A stretch of DNA of 64,000 bases from an uncultured bacterium (GCA_903824855.1 CAIJYI010000037.1:18684-82683); one strand, 5' to 3'; shown: positions 1 to 10,230, numbered from the stretch's first letter. The notes: generated from the sequence alone by a model not told the origin. Numbers and translations are program-made.

Positions 1-1158
1 ACAATAAGGTCGGTTTCTAAGATTTTTGCAAAACGCCGCCTTTCAAGCGATGGTTCTTCGGTTATCATGATTATGCTTGATTCAGGTTCTGTTTGGGCAA
101 AAAGTTTTTCCCCTTCTGTTTCGTCATTCAAACCGATTGAGCGTATTATGTTCTTCCGTAACCTTTCCATGATGATGGATGCGGGGCTTCCCCTCGCCGA
201 AGGTCTTGAGGTTCTTCATGAACAAATTAATAAAGCGGGAGTTAGGAATGCCATTGATGCCATGACAAGGGAGATTATGAACGGACAGAGCCTCTCAAAG
301 GCGATGCGTGCCTTTCCTGAGTATTTTACTCCTTATATTGTTGAAATGATTCGTGTCGGTGAATTAACAGGAACACTCACTCAGACTCTCGAGCGTATTG
401 CGGACGATCTTGAAAAGGACAACGAAACTCGTCAAAAAGTTATCGGTGCCATCGCCTATCCTCTCATTGTATTCTCCGTAATGATTTCTATCGCACTTCT
501 TCTTATGCTTTATGTCCTGCCAAAGGTTCAGGACATGTTCAAGGAAGTTGGTGTCGCACTCCCTCCGATTACGGCATTTCTTCTTTCTGTAAGCGCTTTC
601 ATGGAAGCACATCCAATCGGAATTTTTGCAACCATAATTTTTTCTATTGCAATTTGTTTCTCCCTTTATGACACAAAAAAAGGGAAATATTTTTTCCATT
701 TCTTAGCTCTCAGAATTCCCATCTTTGGAGAACTCATAAAAGAAGCAAACCTCTCAAGGTTTTTTCGCTCCATGAATTCTCTTATAGGAAGTAGCATTTC
801 AATAGATCAGGCGGTGGAGATTTCCGAAAAAACCCTTACCAATGCAATGTACAAGGAAGCTCTCGAAAAAATTCAACCGATTGTACGTTATGGTGTACCA
901 CTCACTGAAGCGTTAAAATCCTTTCCTTTTCTTTTTCCGATGCAAACATGCAAAATTCTCGGAGTCGGAGAAAAAACCGGTAAAGTAGGAGAATCACTGG
1001 AACGATTGGTAACGCATTATGACCGAGCGCTTTCACACAAAGCAAAAATGATTACTTCTCTTGTCGAACCTATACTTATGGGTCTTGCAGGACTTATGGT
1101 TGGAGTTCTCGCGCTTTCTATCTTCATGCCACTCTACCAAATGGCTAATGTTATCTAA
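1..1158 (+). CDS. pilC: Type IV pilus assembly platform protein PilC/GspF family, 5' partial (frame is open back to window edge)
   Basis: Frame 1 has no stop from nt 1 to 1158. Translation shows GspF-type repeats and TM segments (LSKAMRAFPEYF, LTEALKSFPFLFP, EPILMGLAGLMVGVLALSIFMPLY). Confidence 0.8.
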   Translation, partial: TIRSVSKIFAKRRLSSDGSSVIMIMLDSGSVWAKSFSPSVSSFKPIERIMFFRNLSMMMDAGLPLAEGLEVLHEQINKAGVRNAIDAMTREIMNGQSLSKAMRAFPEYFTPYIVEMIRVGELTGTLTQTLERIADDLEKDNETRQKVIGAIAYPLIVFSVMISIALLLMLYVLPKVQDMFKEVGVALPPITAFLLSVSAFMEAHPIGIFATIIFSIAICFSLYDTKKGKYFFHFLALRIPIFGELIKEANLSRFFRSMNSLIGSSISIDQAVEISEKTLTNAMYKEALEKIQPIVRYGVPLTEALKSFPFLFPMQTCKILGVGEKTGKVGESLERLVTHYDRALSHKAKMITSLVEPILMGLAGLMVGVLALSIFMPLYQMANVI

Positions 1159-1162
1159 ACTC

Positions 1163-1600
1163 ATGAAAAAAAACGTCATTAAAAATTCCGCTCGCGGTTT
1201 CACCCTTATTGAATTGCTCGTCGTTATCGGGTTATTTTCTCTGGGTGTTTGGACTGCAGCTGAAGCTTTTGGAAATAGCGAGAAAAAAGCTCTTGATGCT
1301 ACAAATCAGATAATTTCGCTGAATTTGAAAAACGCGCGCAATTCATCCTCGACTGGTGTTGGGAATATAGATCATCACGTCACAATATATAGTGATGGGA
1401 TTTCTATTGACGGCAGTTCTCAAAAAATATTATTCCCCAGTTCAATCAGCGTTACAGTAAGTCCTTCGAATGATATACTATTTAAGAGGCCTTCAGGGAT
1501 TCCCGTTTCTCCTGCAATGATTACGATTACCCACACCTCTTCAGGAAAAACAAAGACCATCACCGTCAATAGTCTCGGGGTTGTATCCTCCCCAAACTAG
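1163..1600 (+). CDS. Type IV pilin-like protein (pseudopilin) with class III signal peptide
   Basis: N-terminus MKKNVIKNSARGFTLIELLVVIGLF is a prepilin G/FTLIE motif. ATG at 1163 sits inside the longer ORF listed in the track. Confidence 0.7.
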   Translation: MKKNVIKNSARGFTLIELLVVIGLFSLGVWTAAEAFGNSEKKALDATNQIISLNLKNARNSSSTGVGNIDHHVTIYSDGISIDGSSQKILFPSSISVTVSPSNDILFKRPSGIPVSPAMITITHTSSGKTKTITVNSLGVVSSPN

Positions 1601-1608
1601 AAAGAGTT

Positions 1609-2079
1609 ATGAAATTAAAAAAAACTCAAAAATCAGGTTTCGCTATAATTGAAGCGATCCTCGGTATTACTATCGGCGGCATGATTACGCTGTTTTTTTT
1701 AAGCACATTAAAACAGGCGGTAAAAATAAACCATTCAAATATAGACGATTGGCAGGCCATTTTATATCTTCATGAGGGAGACGAAATAGCGAGGGATCTG
1801 GAAATTTCAAATTGGACGGCGATAAGTACTTGCGCGAATCCCTGCCATCCTTCTGTTTCAGGTAGTGTCTGGACAATACAATCGGGAAAAGAATTTCTTG
1901 ACCGAAAATTTGAGCGAAGTTTTAAGATTGAACCGGTATTGCGCAATGCAGGAGGAAAAATAACGCTTTCCGGAGGAACGATTGATCCCCTTATGAAAAA
2001 AATAACCACCTCTGTGAGCTGGTTAAAAAATAGTGCAACAACGACGGAATCAGTAGAGTTATATATATACAAACCTTAA
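1609..2079 (+). CDS. Pilin-like / pseudopilin protein
   Basis: N-terminus MKLKKTQKSGFAIIEAILGI is a prepilin-like G-F-x-x-I-E motif. AAAGAG lies upstream of the ATG. Confidence 0.65.
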   Translation: MKLKKTQKSGFAIIEAILGITIGGMITLFFLSTLKQAVKINHSNIDDWQAILYLHEGDEIARDLEISNWTAISTCANPCHPSVSGSVWTIQSGKEFLDRKFERSFKIEPVLRNAGGKITLSGGTIDPLMKKITTSVSWLKNSATTTESVELYIYKP

Positions 2080-2537
2080 TGAAAAACTTTCCCAAAAATA
2101 CAACTTCAGGATTTACTCTCATGGAAATGCTTGTCGCGATGGCTCTCGGAGCTTTCGTATTGATAATGCTTATGATGATAATGATCCCGAGTTTTAAAAA
2201 CATTAGGGATATTCGTGCCACACAAAAATTGCATGCTGATTCGGTTCAGATAATCGATACTCTTTCTTATTATGCCGAAAAAGCTACCCTTTTTACCGTT
2301 CCAAATTCTTCAACTCTTGTTATATCACTTCCTGACGGAAGCTTTGCTACCACAACTCTGAACGGAACCGCCATCACTGAAAACGATTTATTAATGATTG
2401 ATTCCGACACAGAAGTAACATCGCTTCAGTTTAAAAATCTTGCCCGCTCATTCCGTATGAGTTTTACCTTAAAAAATCCCGAAACGGGAAAAACCTTCAG
2501 TGCCACAACAACGATAACCAGAAGAAATGGTTCATAA
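2079..2537 (+). CDS. Pilin-like / pseudopilin protein
   Basis: N-terminus TTSGFTLMEMLVAMALGAFVL is a prepilin motif. Tandem with the neighbouring pilin genes. Confidence 0.65.
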   Translation: MKNFPKNTTSGFTLMEMLVAMALGAFVLIMLMMIMIPSFKNIRDIRATQKLHADSVQIIDTLSYYAEKATLFTVPNSSTLVISLPDGSFATTTLNGTAITENDLLMIDSDTEVTSLQFKNLARSFRMSFTLKNPETGKTFSATTTITRRNGS

Positions 2538-3357
2538 TTTAACAATAAATATGTCTCATCCGGAAAAAAACAGAGGTATAATAAGTCTCATTGCCGTATT
2601 ATCTATCGGCATCTTTTCACTTGCTCTCGCTTTTCTTGCTGCTGATGAATCATTAAGTGAACTTTCAAAAAATCGCAATTCCCTTTTCGCTGAACGCACT
2701 TTTTCAACTTCCGAATCAGCAATGAAAGAAGGAATGTATCAATTCAAAACAAGAGGCCAATCAAATCTTTCCACTTTTGCATTTCCGTTAAATGATTCCA
2801 CGACAACGACGATTTCAATTACCTCGACTGTTTCAACAACAACGATAAAAGGGACGGCAATAAACGGAATCACTTCCCATACAATTGTACGAACGATGCG
2901 TGTAATTCCGACTAGTTGGAGTGCTTTTGATTACACGGTTGGTACGGAAGGAAACTATATCTCGAACGGAAACTCAAGTGTTGCAGTAACCAAAATGACT
3001 ATCCCAAAACTAATCTCAACCGTATGCAGTAATCCTAGTTATGTTGCACCTTTGGGGGTCACAATAATTCGTGGTAATCTTTCTACCGGCACGGGTACGA
3101 CAAATGACTCAATTTCTATAGTTTGCGGAAACCTGGACATAGGAGGAGGTAGTACTTTAAATGGTCTTACTTACGTAACGGGTACAGTAAAACTTCATGG
3201 AAACGTTACTGTTAACGGAATAATTCTCTCCATTGGAAATGTTACCGTGAGCGGAGCGAAGAACATTGTGACAGGAGAACAATCTCCGGTCTGGGATGAT
3301 TTACTGACCCCCGGTACTTCGCTCGAACCGGGAAACGGAACGTGGTCAAATGAATAA
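2527..3357 (+). CDS. Minor pilin-like membrane-anchored protein with C-terminal beta-helix-like GNVTV repeats
   Basis: N-terminal hydrophobic segment IISLIAVLSIGIFSLALAFL. Repeats LHGNVTVNG / IGNVTVSG occur near the C-terminus. The gene sits in the pilin cluster. Start is ambiguous (2527 or 2551). Confidence 0.5.
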   Translation: MVHNLTINMSHPEKNRGIISLIAVLSIGIFSLALAFLAADESLSELSKNRNSLFAERTFSTSESAMKEGMYQFKTRGQSNLSTFAFPLNDSTTTTISITSTVSTTTIKGTAINGITSHTIVRTMRVIPTSWSAFDYTVGTEGNYISNGNSSVAVTKMTIPKLISTVCSNPSYVAPLGVTIIRGNLSTGTGTTNDSISIVCGNLDIGGGSTLNGLTYVTGTVKLHGNVTVNGIILSIGNVTVSGAKNIVTGEQSPVWDDLLTPGTSLEPGNGTWSNE

Positions 3358-3361
3358 TAAA

Positions 3362-3398
3362 AAACACGAAGAAATTCTTCGTGTTTTTTATTGTTTTG
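3362..3398. terminator. Bidirectional rho-independent terminator
   Basis: Hairpin aacacgaagaa-att-cttcgtgtt followed by a T-run. An A-run on the other side serves the minus-strand gene ending at 3412. Confidence 0.7.
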
Positions 3399-3411
3399 TT
3401 TCTCTCTATTG

Positions 3412-3897
3412 TTAGAAAACTAATTCGAGGGGGGCTGTTCTTGGGATGCTTGGTTCTGGTGTTTCGGCGAGGAGGTGGATTTTTTTACCGGCGTCGATAT
3501 ATATTTTATATCCTGTATTCACTCCGAATCCTGACGCCGGATCAAGCGGTATTTCTGGAAGGTATGTCGAAACGAGGCAATCTAAGCCGACGGAACGAGG
3601 GGTGATATAGACATCTGCTGTAATTTCCAAAGGAGTGGAAGGAAGATTCGGGCAGGTTTTTCCATTCCCTATATTTACTCCGCCGAAGCTTCCGCTATTA
3701 TCAGAAATACGACGACCGATAGCAAGAGAAAGTGCTTTCATGTCGGTAGTTCTTTGTTCATCTTTATTTTTTGAAGAGCTTTGAGAATAATACAGTTGAA
3801 TAAAAATAATTAACGCCGAAAGAAGGATAAGAGTGATGATAAAACTTCCGGTCACGGCAAAACCACGTGATTTATTTGAAAATGTATTTTTTTTCAT
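3412..3897 (-). CDS. Pilin-like protein (atypical, lacks E5)
   Basis: MKKNTFSNKSRGFAVTGSFIITLILL has a positively charged leader, Gly and a hydrophobic helix. The internal ATG at 3897 is preferred over the track start at 3948. TATAAT lies close upstream. Confidence 0.5.
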   Translation of the reverse strand: MKKNTFSNKSRGFAVTGSFIITLILLSALIIFIQLYYSQSSSKNKDEQRTTDMKALSLAIGRRISDNSGSFGGVNIGNGKTCPNLPSTPLEITADVYITPRSVGLDCLVSTYLPEIPLDPASGFGVNTGYKIYIDAGKKIHLLAETPEPSIPRTAPLELVF

Positions 3898-4028
3898 AAC
3901 TCTATTATATTTTCTTACGAAAGAAACGGCAAGGCGGAAATATTTCATGCACTCTTGCTATTATTTTAAAATGTGCTATTATTCTTTTGGAAGAAAATTG
4001 TTAAACAACAGCGAAAAAGGAGATTGTT

Positions 4029-4295
4029 GTGGAAATAATACATGTTGGAAAAATCACAGAAATGAATTGCCTCGGTTTTGGATATCTTGTTGAAGCCGAA
4101 CCGCTTTATACAAGATTTGTGGAAACTCCTGTCGGAAAAACCTTTGTCTTTGCTATAAATAAGATTGGCTACGACAACATTTGTGATTTAAGTGAAATCA
4201 AAAAACTTGGTGTAGACGTTGGCACAATCGTTCGTTTTACTATAGATAATAGAAATCGAGTAACTCGCGTTTACCCTCTTGTTTTTAGAAAATAG
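4029..4295 (+). CDS. Hypothetical small protein (GTG start)
   Basis: AAGGAG lies 6 nt upstream of GTG at 4029. The gene is followed by a strong terminator. Confidence 0.45.
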   Translation: MEIIHVGKITEMNCLGFGYLVEAEPLYTRFVETPVGKTFVFAINKIGYDNICDLSEIKKLGVDVGTIVRFTIDNRNRVTRVYPLVFRK

Positions 4296-4305
4296 AGTTT
4301 TATGA

Positions 4306-4342
4306 AAAATCGCCACGATTTAATCGTGGCGATTCTTTTTTT
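4306..4342. terminator. Bidirectional rho-independent terminator
   Basis: Hairpin aaatcgccacgatt-taa-tcgtggcgatt followed by a T-run. It overlaps the pyrG stop on the minus strand. Confidence 0.75.
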
Positions 4343-6017
4343 ATGTATTTTTTCGCAGAAGTGATTTCTTGATAAACTCCACAAATAACGGGTGCGGGGC
4401 AAGTGGGCGACTCTGGAGTTCCGGATGGAATTGCGTTGCTAAGAAGAACGGGTGAACTTTTTCGGGAAGTTCGGCGATTTCCATAAGAACTCCGTCAGGA
4501 GAAGCACCGGAAAATACTAAACCGCCTTTTTTGATTTGTTCTATATATAAGGGGTTCACTTCGTAACGATGGCGATGTCTTTCTGAAATATGCTCCTGAT
4601 CTCCGTAAGCTTTTCTCGCAAGTGTCCCCTTTTCAAGAAGCGCCGTATAAGAACCGAGTCGCATGGAACCGCCGTAATTCTCTTCTTTCATTTTCTTCTT
4701 CTGATCGGGCATTATATCAATAACAAGATTTTTTGAATTCGGATCAATCTCTGCAGTATTGGCATCTTTCAGACCGAGGACATTTCGGGCAAATTCAATG
4801 ACGGCTAATTGCATTCCATAACAAAGACCAAAATACGGGATTTTATGTTCGCGTACATATCGGATGACCGCAAGCTTCCCTTCTATTCCGCGAGAGCCAA
4901 ACCCTCCGGGAACCAAAACCCCGTCATAATTTAGTAAAGTCTTGAGATTTTTTTTACCGGCTTCACCTTCAAATTCTTCAGCAGAGAGCCAAGTTAGTTT
5001 CGGTTTTGCTCCCTGCGAATAAGAGGCGTGTTTTATCGCTTCGATAACGGAAATATAGGAATCGGAAAGGACAAAATCACCCGAGCTGAAATATTTTCCC
5101 ACCACGGCAACGTTTACCTCTTTCGTTGCCGTCTTCGTTTTATTAACGAATTTCTTCCACTCCGAAAGGTCAGAGGCTTTTTTCGGTGCAAGTTTCAAAC
5201 ATTTCAGGAGAATGTCGGAAAGTTTATCTTTTTCAAAATTAATCGGCACATCATAAATACTTTCTATGTCGGGAGCGGAAATAACATTCTTCGTGCGAAC
5301 ACTACAGAAAAGTGCAATTTTTTCTTTGCGTACAAGGTCTAAAGGTTTACTGGAACGAGCGATAATAACATCAGGTTGAACACCATTTGAGTTGAGCGCG
5401 CGAACAGCATGTTGTGTCGGCTTTGTTTTCATCTCTCCAAGAATTGACGGTAGAGGTAAATAAGAAACCATCACGGTTGTAACATCGTCCGGTTTTTGCA
5501 ATTCCATCATACGAACAGCCTCTATAAAAAGCACGTTCTCGTATTCCCCGACGGTTCCTCCAATTTCGATAATAGTGACATCCGCATCTTCTTTTTCTGC
5601 CGCTTTTTCAATTCGAGAAATAACTTCAAGCGGTATGTGCGGAACAACCTGAACGCATTTTCCTTTGTATTTTAGATTTCTTTCTTTTTCAATAACGGAA
5701 AGATAGACACGTCCGGTCGTCATGTAGTTATCGGAAGAAAGCGAGACGTTAAGAAAGCGCTCGTAATTACCCATGTCTTGATCGGTTTCAAAGCCGTCCT
5801 TGAGAACAAAGACTTCTCCGTGCTCGGTCGGATTCATCGTTCCCGCGTCAATATTCACGTACGGGTCAATTTTAACGGAGGTTACTTTAAAACCTCTCGC
5901 CTGCATAATAACCCCGATAGACGAAGCGGTGATTCCTTTACCCACCCCGGACATAACTCCTCCAACCACAAAAATGAATTTTCTTCTGCGATTGGCTTTT
6001 GATTTTTTTGTTGCCAT
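4341..6017 (-). CDS. pyrG: CTP synthase
   Basis: N-terminal KFIFVVGGVMSGVGKGI synthetase motif. C-terminal glutamine amidotransferase region (GLCYGMQLAVIEFARN, HRHRYEVN). 558 aa. Confidence 0.95.
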   Translation of the reverse strand: MATKKSKANRRRKFIFVVGGVMSGVGKGITASSIGVIMQARGFKVTSVKIDPYVNIDAGTMNPTEHGEVFVLKDGFETDQDMGNYERFLNVSLSSDNYMTTGRVYLSVIEKERNLKYKGKCVQVVPHIPLEVISRIEKAAEKEDADVTIIEIGGTVGEYENVLFIEAVRMMELQKPDDVTTVMVSYLPLPSILGEMKTKPTQHAVRALNSNGVQPDVIIARSSKPLDLVRKEKIALFCSVRTKNVISAPDIESIYDVPINFEKDKLSDILLKCLKLAPKKASDLSEWKKFVNKTKTATKEVNVAVVGKYFSSGDFVLSDSYISVIEAIKHASYSQGAKPKLTWLSAEEFEGEAGKKNLKTLLNYDGVLVPGGFGSRGIEGKLAVIRYVREHKIPYFGLCYGMQLAVIEFARNVLGLKDANTAEIDPNSKNLVIDIMPDQKKKMKEENYGGSMRLGSYTALLEKGTLARKAYGDQEHISERHRHRYEVNPLYIEQIKKGGLVFSGASPDGVLMEIAELPEKVHPFFLATQFHPELQSRPLAPHPLFVEFIKKSLLRKNT

Positions 6018-6137
6018 AAGGAAAAAGTATTAATGCCTCTATTATACTCTAATCAAGGAATCAAGCCAAAAATTGAAGGAGGAACAAAACCACACATCAC
6101 TATGGCGTATTTTGTCAATTTATGGTACTGTTTTGAA

Positions 6138-7373
6138 ATGCAATATAATCGGATTTTTGATCTTATCGTCATCGGAGGCGGACCTTCCGGAATGATGTGT
6201 GCAGGGCGGGCGGCTGAAAAAGGCGCGCGCGTTCTTCTGATAGAAAAAAATAAAGAGCTCGGAAAGAAACTTTCTATGACCGGAGGCGGACGATGCAATA
6301 TTACCAACGCGGAATTTGATACCCGTGCTTTTTTGGCGAACTTCCCCGAATCAAAAGAATTTCTATTTTCACCTTTTTCTAAATTCTCCGTGCAGGACAC
6401 CTTTAATTTCTTTGAAAAAAAAGGCCTTCCTTTAGTCGTCGAGGGAAGAAAACGCGCTTTTCCAAAAACTCAGAATGCGAACGACGTTGTTGCGGTAATG
6501 GCGAACTTCATTAAGAAAAATAATGTTGAAATTAAAACGGGAGTAAAAGTAACCGCAATGACGAAAGAAAGTGACGGAAATTTTTTGATTGAAACTAAAT
6601 CAGGCGAAAATTTTCACGGGAAAAAAGTGGCGCTGGCCTCAGGTATTGGAGGCGAAGGAATTTCTATGCTTGAAGAACTCGGCCACACCGTAAAGGAACC
6701 AAATCCGAACCTCGTCCCACTCACGACCGACGCGGAATGGGTTCACGCTCTTTCCGGAATTTCTCTTTCCTTCATGACTATCCGTTTCAGACAGGGTGGA
6801 AAAAATAGACTCAAAAAAACCGGAAAAATTCTATTCACTCATTTCGGAGTTTCGGGACCGCTCATTTTGAACTCATCATTTGAGGTAAAAAAACTTCTTG
6901 ATGTTGGGCACGTCATCGCAAGCATTGATATGTTTCCGGATACAGAAGAGAATGAGCTCGACCGCAGAGTGTGGAGACTTTTTGAGTTGAATAAAAACAA
7001 GATACTGAAAAACATTCTTCCTGAAATGATGGATAAAGCGATTGCCGAACAGATTCTCAATCTTCCGGATATTAACATTGCAGAGAAACCTGCGAACGCC
7101 GTGACTAAAGAAGAACGCAAAGCACTCGTTAAAAAAATGAAGGATCTTACTTTCCCGATTACCGGAACGCTCGGTTTTGAAAAAGCTCTTATCGCTGACG
7201 GTGGTGTCGCTCTCACCGAAGTAAACTTCACAAACATGACCTCAAAAATTCACCCAAATCTCTACCTTCTCGGTGATGTACTAGATATCAATCGACCTTC
7301 CGGAGGTTTCTCTCTTCAGCTCTGCTGGACAACCGGATGGGTAGCAGGAACTGACGCAGGTAACCTGAAATAA
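6138..7373 (+). CDS. FAD-dependent flavoprotein, HI0933/YhiN-like family
   Basis: DLIVIGGGPSGMMCAG dinucleotide-binding motif near the N-terminus if the start is the internal ATG at 6138. The track ORF begins at 6033 and the true start is uncertain (6102 or 6138). Confidence 0.75.
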   Translation: MQYNRIFDLIVIGGGPSGMMCAGRAAEKGARVLLIEKNKELGKKLSMTGGGRCNITNAEFDTRAFLANFPESKEFLFSPFSKFSVQDTFNFFEKKGLPLVVEGRKRAFPKTQNANDVVAVMANFIKKNNVEIKTGVKVTAMTKESDGNFLIETKSGENFHGKKVALASGIGGEGISMLEELGHTVKEPNPNLVPLTTDAEWVHALSGISLSFMTIRFRQGGKNRLKKTGKILFTHFGVSGPLILNSSFEVKKLLDVGHVIASIDMFPDTEENELDRRVWRLFELNKNKILKNILPEMMDKAIAEQILNLPDINIAEKPANAVTKEERKALVKKMKDLTFPITGTLGFEKALIADGGVALTEVNFTNMTSKIHPNLYLLGDVLDINRPSGGFSLQLCWTTGWVAGTDAGNLK

Positions 7374-7419
7374 AAACGGAACGCATGCGTATTAGAGAGT
7401 AAAGGTATCGTATTTATTT

Positions 7420-8001
7420 ATGGAAAATCTCTGTCTTGATAAAACCGATGAGGAATTGGTCGCACTTGTTCTCGAAGATCAGGAGTATTTTGGCTGCCTC
7501 ATGGGAAGATACAGTGCCCCGCTTTCTCGATATATCGTGCGCATTATTCCTTCTTTTCGTGATTCAACGGAAGATGTTCTCCAGGAAGTTTTCATAAAAA
7601 TTTATCTTAATCTCCGTGGGTTCGACCCTTCTTTGAAATTTTCTTCCTGGGCTTATCGTATTACACATAATCACGCGATAAGTCTGTTGAGAAAAGAATC
7701 TTCCCGTCCTCATACCGTTTCTGTCGACAATGATGAATATGATTTCTTTGAGCGCTATAAAGCGGACGACCAAATAAGCAGTAAGGAGATGCGCTACGCA
7801 AAAGAGGAAGTCTCTTATGTTCTTGGGGAAATGGATCCAAAGTACCGCGAAGTGTTAATTTTGAGATATTTGGAAGAAATGGATTATGATGAAATCGGGG
7901 ACATTTTGAAGAAACCGGTCGGAACAGTGGGGACACTCATTTCAAGAGCGAAGACAATATTTAAAGAAGAATATACCAAAAGATATGGAACAGAAAAATA
8001 A
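7420..8001 (+). CDS. RNA polymerase sigma-70 factor, ECF subfamily
   Basis: Region 2 motifs (VLQEVFIKIY, FSSWAYRITHNHAISLLRK) and region 4 (EVLILRYLEEMDYDEIGDIL...GTVGTLISRAK). Confidence 0.85.
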   Translation: MENLCLDKTDEELVALVLEDQEYFGCLMGRYSAPLSRYIVRIIPSFRDSTEDVLQEVFIKIYLNLRGFDPSLKFSSWAYRITHNHAISLLRKESSRPHTVSVDNDEYDFFERYKADDQISSKEMRYAKEEVSYVLGEMDPKYREVLILRYLEEMDYDEIGDILKKPVGTVGTLISRAKTIFKEEYTKRYGTEK

Positions 8002-8710
8002 AGACAATTGCATAAATTGCGTAATGTCTCGTATTAAAGACGAGAAGATTAAGCCAAAATCAAAATGGACATTCTTGTTCCATGATTATTCGGTGATTGC
8101 AATTTCTCTTTCCTCACTCCTTATCGGAACGATCTCATTTAGTATTTTCTTAAACACCTTCCTTACCAACGATTGGGATATTTATCAACAAGCGGGCCAA
8201 GGCTTTTGGGAACACGCGATAAAAACTTTTCCTTTCCTCTGGTTTATCTTTCTCATCCTTTTCGCTTTCTCTTTCTACTACACATTCTCATCAACGGAAA
8301 AAGGATATCATTATGAACAATCAGTCATTATTTCACTTTCTGTTATTATCAGTCTTCTTTTTGGAACAATGATGTATCTCTCGGGAATTGGAGAAAAAGT
8401 AGATGACTATTTTATTCAAACAATTCCCCATTATCATTACGTCACAGGTAATCACACCTGCCTTTGGGAAAATCCAAAAGGAGGTCTTCTTGCGGGAATG
8501 ATTGTCTCCACGGGAACAGAACCGATAACTGTTGTTGATTTCCAAGGAAATACATGGAATACAATAGGGTCTCCGATAATTCAGGAGGGTGTGAAAAATA
8601 TTCCGGGTCAACGAATAAAAATGATTGGAATAACCCGCGGAAATTTCGTTTTTGATATAAAAGAAATAAGAAAATGGGTCGGTGAAGTTGAACCGAATCC
8701 CTGCCAATAA
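7985..8710 (+). CDS. Membrane protein, putative anti-sigma factor
   Basis: Overlaps the sigma gene end by 17 nt, which indicates an operon. Has TM helices. The anti-sigma role is inferred from position only. Confidence 0.4.
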   Translation: MEQKNKDNCINCVMSRIKDEKIKPKSKWTFLFHDYSVIAISLSSLLIGTISFSIFLNTFLTNDWDIYQQAGQGFWEHAIKTFPFLWFIFLILFAFSFYYTFSSTEKGYHYEQSVIISLSVIISLLFGTMMYLSGIGEKVDDYFIQTIPHYHYVTGNHTCLWENPKGGLLAGMIVSTGTEPITVVDFQGNTWNTIGSPIIQEGVKNIPGQRIKMIGITRGNFVFDIKEIRKWVGEVEPNPCQ

Positions 8711-8719
8711 AAAAGGAAG

Positions 8720-8750
8720 AAACTCACCGGCTACACGGTGAGTTTTTTTG
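8720..8750 (+). terminator. Rho-independent terminator
   Basis: Hairpin aactcaccgg-ctaca-ccggtgagtt followed by TTTTTTT. It overlaps the comEC stop on the opposite strand. Confidence 0.7.
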
Positions 8751-10230
8751 ATCTGTTTGAAATTGAATAAACAATGGCGTAAAGAATATAAATAAATACG
8801 AGAATCCCTACCGAGAATTGTGGAATTGAAATGAAGGAAAGAGGTAATCCTGAGAAGAAAGATGAAACAAAAAACACAAAGGAAAGAATGAGAAACACGG
8901 GAAAACCAAAAAAGATTCCGAAGGGCGTGATGAAACCGAGAAGCAAAGCGAGGGCTCCGAAAAACATAGCGAGGGGAATTAAAGGAAGTACGATAAGATT
9001 TACAGGAAGCGCAACGAGAGACAACATTCCAGTTTCATATAACAAAAGAGGAAGGACGAAAATCTGTGTTGAGAGAGTTGAAGAGAGTGTTTCTCTCATA
9101 CCAAATTTTTCAGTCACAAAAGAAAGACGTCGCGAGAGTTCCGGGCCTACACCAAGTAATCCAAGAGTTGCCATAAAGGAAAGTTGAAAAGAAGGGTCGT
9201 AAAGGAGAGAAAGCGGATTCCATAAAACCATAAAAAATGCAGCGACAAAAAGGAGGTGCAACGCATCGGAAGTTCTCCCCGTCGCGCGTGCAAAGATAGC
9301 AAGGAGTGCCATAAAAGTTGCGCGCAAAGTGGAAGCGCCAAGTCCCGTCATTATCGAAAAAAGAATTACTCCGATTCCACCACCGAGAGAAGCGGCCATC
9401 TTTGAAAGAGGAAATAGTAAAAAGAAACGCGTGAAAAAATCAGCAACGATCGTGATGTTGTAACCGGAAAGAACAACAATATGAATGATTCCGGCAACGC
9501 GAAACATTTGTAAAACATCAGCCCCAAGAGCACGCTTGGATCCAAACAAAAGTCCGTCCAATAATCCGGCATGAGGTTCGGGTAAAATTTGTGAAACTTT
9601 ATCCATCATTATATTTTTGAAAGAATAAAGAATGGCATTGAGACGATTTCCTTGTCCGGACAAAATAACCTGTGTTTGAGGAAAAGGTATCTCGTATAAA
9701 ATTCCTTCTCTTTTTAAATAGGAAACATAATCAAAAGAACGCCCGTCAGGATTTTGAAAATTTTCCGGCAAGGCAAGATTTCCGGAAACTCTTACCCTAT
9801 CGCCATATGTAAATTCAGGATACTTCCTTGCCACCAGCAATATTGGTTCTGCTTTTACTAAATCTTTTTTTACTCCGAGCATTTCGGTCTTGTCGACGCT
9901 AACAACAAGGAATGTGGAATTTTCTCTTATGTCGGGCTCTTTAGTGATTACCCCCTCAACAACAACTTTCCTTCCGACAAATTGTTCCAAGAATGAGTTT
10001 GACCGTGAAGGAATAAAACCCGCACGGAAATAGCCGAGAGCAAAAAAGAGGAGTGTTGCGGAAAATAATATTTTCTTTACGGAACGTTCTTTTGAAAAAT
10101 AAGTCGGGAGAAAAATAATGAGTGAAACGAGAATCACAAAAAAAGTGAATGAATTCCCGATGTCAAAAATAAAGCGGAGAGCAATTCCGCCAAGAAAACC
10201 GAAGATACAAAAACGAACGAAACGAGCCAT
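8731..10230 (-). CDS. comEC: ComEC/Rec2-family DNA internalization channel protein, without C-terminal metallo-beta-lactamase domain
   Basis: Competence-domain motifs HAGLLDGLLFGSKRALGADVLQMFRVAGIIHIVVLSGYNITIV plus polytopic TM segments. The ORF ends within the TM region. The track start at 10335 is TTG, so the ATG at 10230 is preferred. Confidence 0.75.
   Translation of the reverse strand: MARFVRFCIFGFLGGIALRFIFDIGNSFTFFVILVSLIIFLPTYFSKERSVKKILFSATLLFFALGYFRAGFIPSRSNSFLEQFVGRKVVVEGVITKEPDIRENSTFLVVSVDKTEMLGVKKDLVKAEPILLVARKYPEFTYGDRVRVSGNLALPENFQNPDGRSFDYVSYLKREGILYEIPFPQTQVILSGQGNRLNAILYSFKNIMMDKVSQILPEPHAGLLDGLLFGSKRALGADVLQMFRVAGIIHIVVLSGYNITIVADFFTRFFLLFPLSKMAASLGGGIGVILFSIMTGLGASTLRATFMALLAIFARATGRTSDALHLLFVAAFFMVLWNPLSLLYDPSFQLSFMATLGLLGVGPELSRRLSFVTEKFGMRETLSSTLSTQIFVLPLLLYETGMLSLVALPVNLIVLPLIPLAMFFGALALLLGFITPFGIFFGFPVFLILSFVFFVSSFFSGLPLSFISIPQFSVGILVFIYILYAIVYSISNRSKKLTV

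Noticed and set aside
364-699. 111-aa minus-strand ORF
   Set aside because: It lies entirely antisense within pilC and shows Lys/Cys-rich low-complexity composition typical of spurious antisense ORFs.
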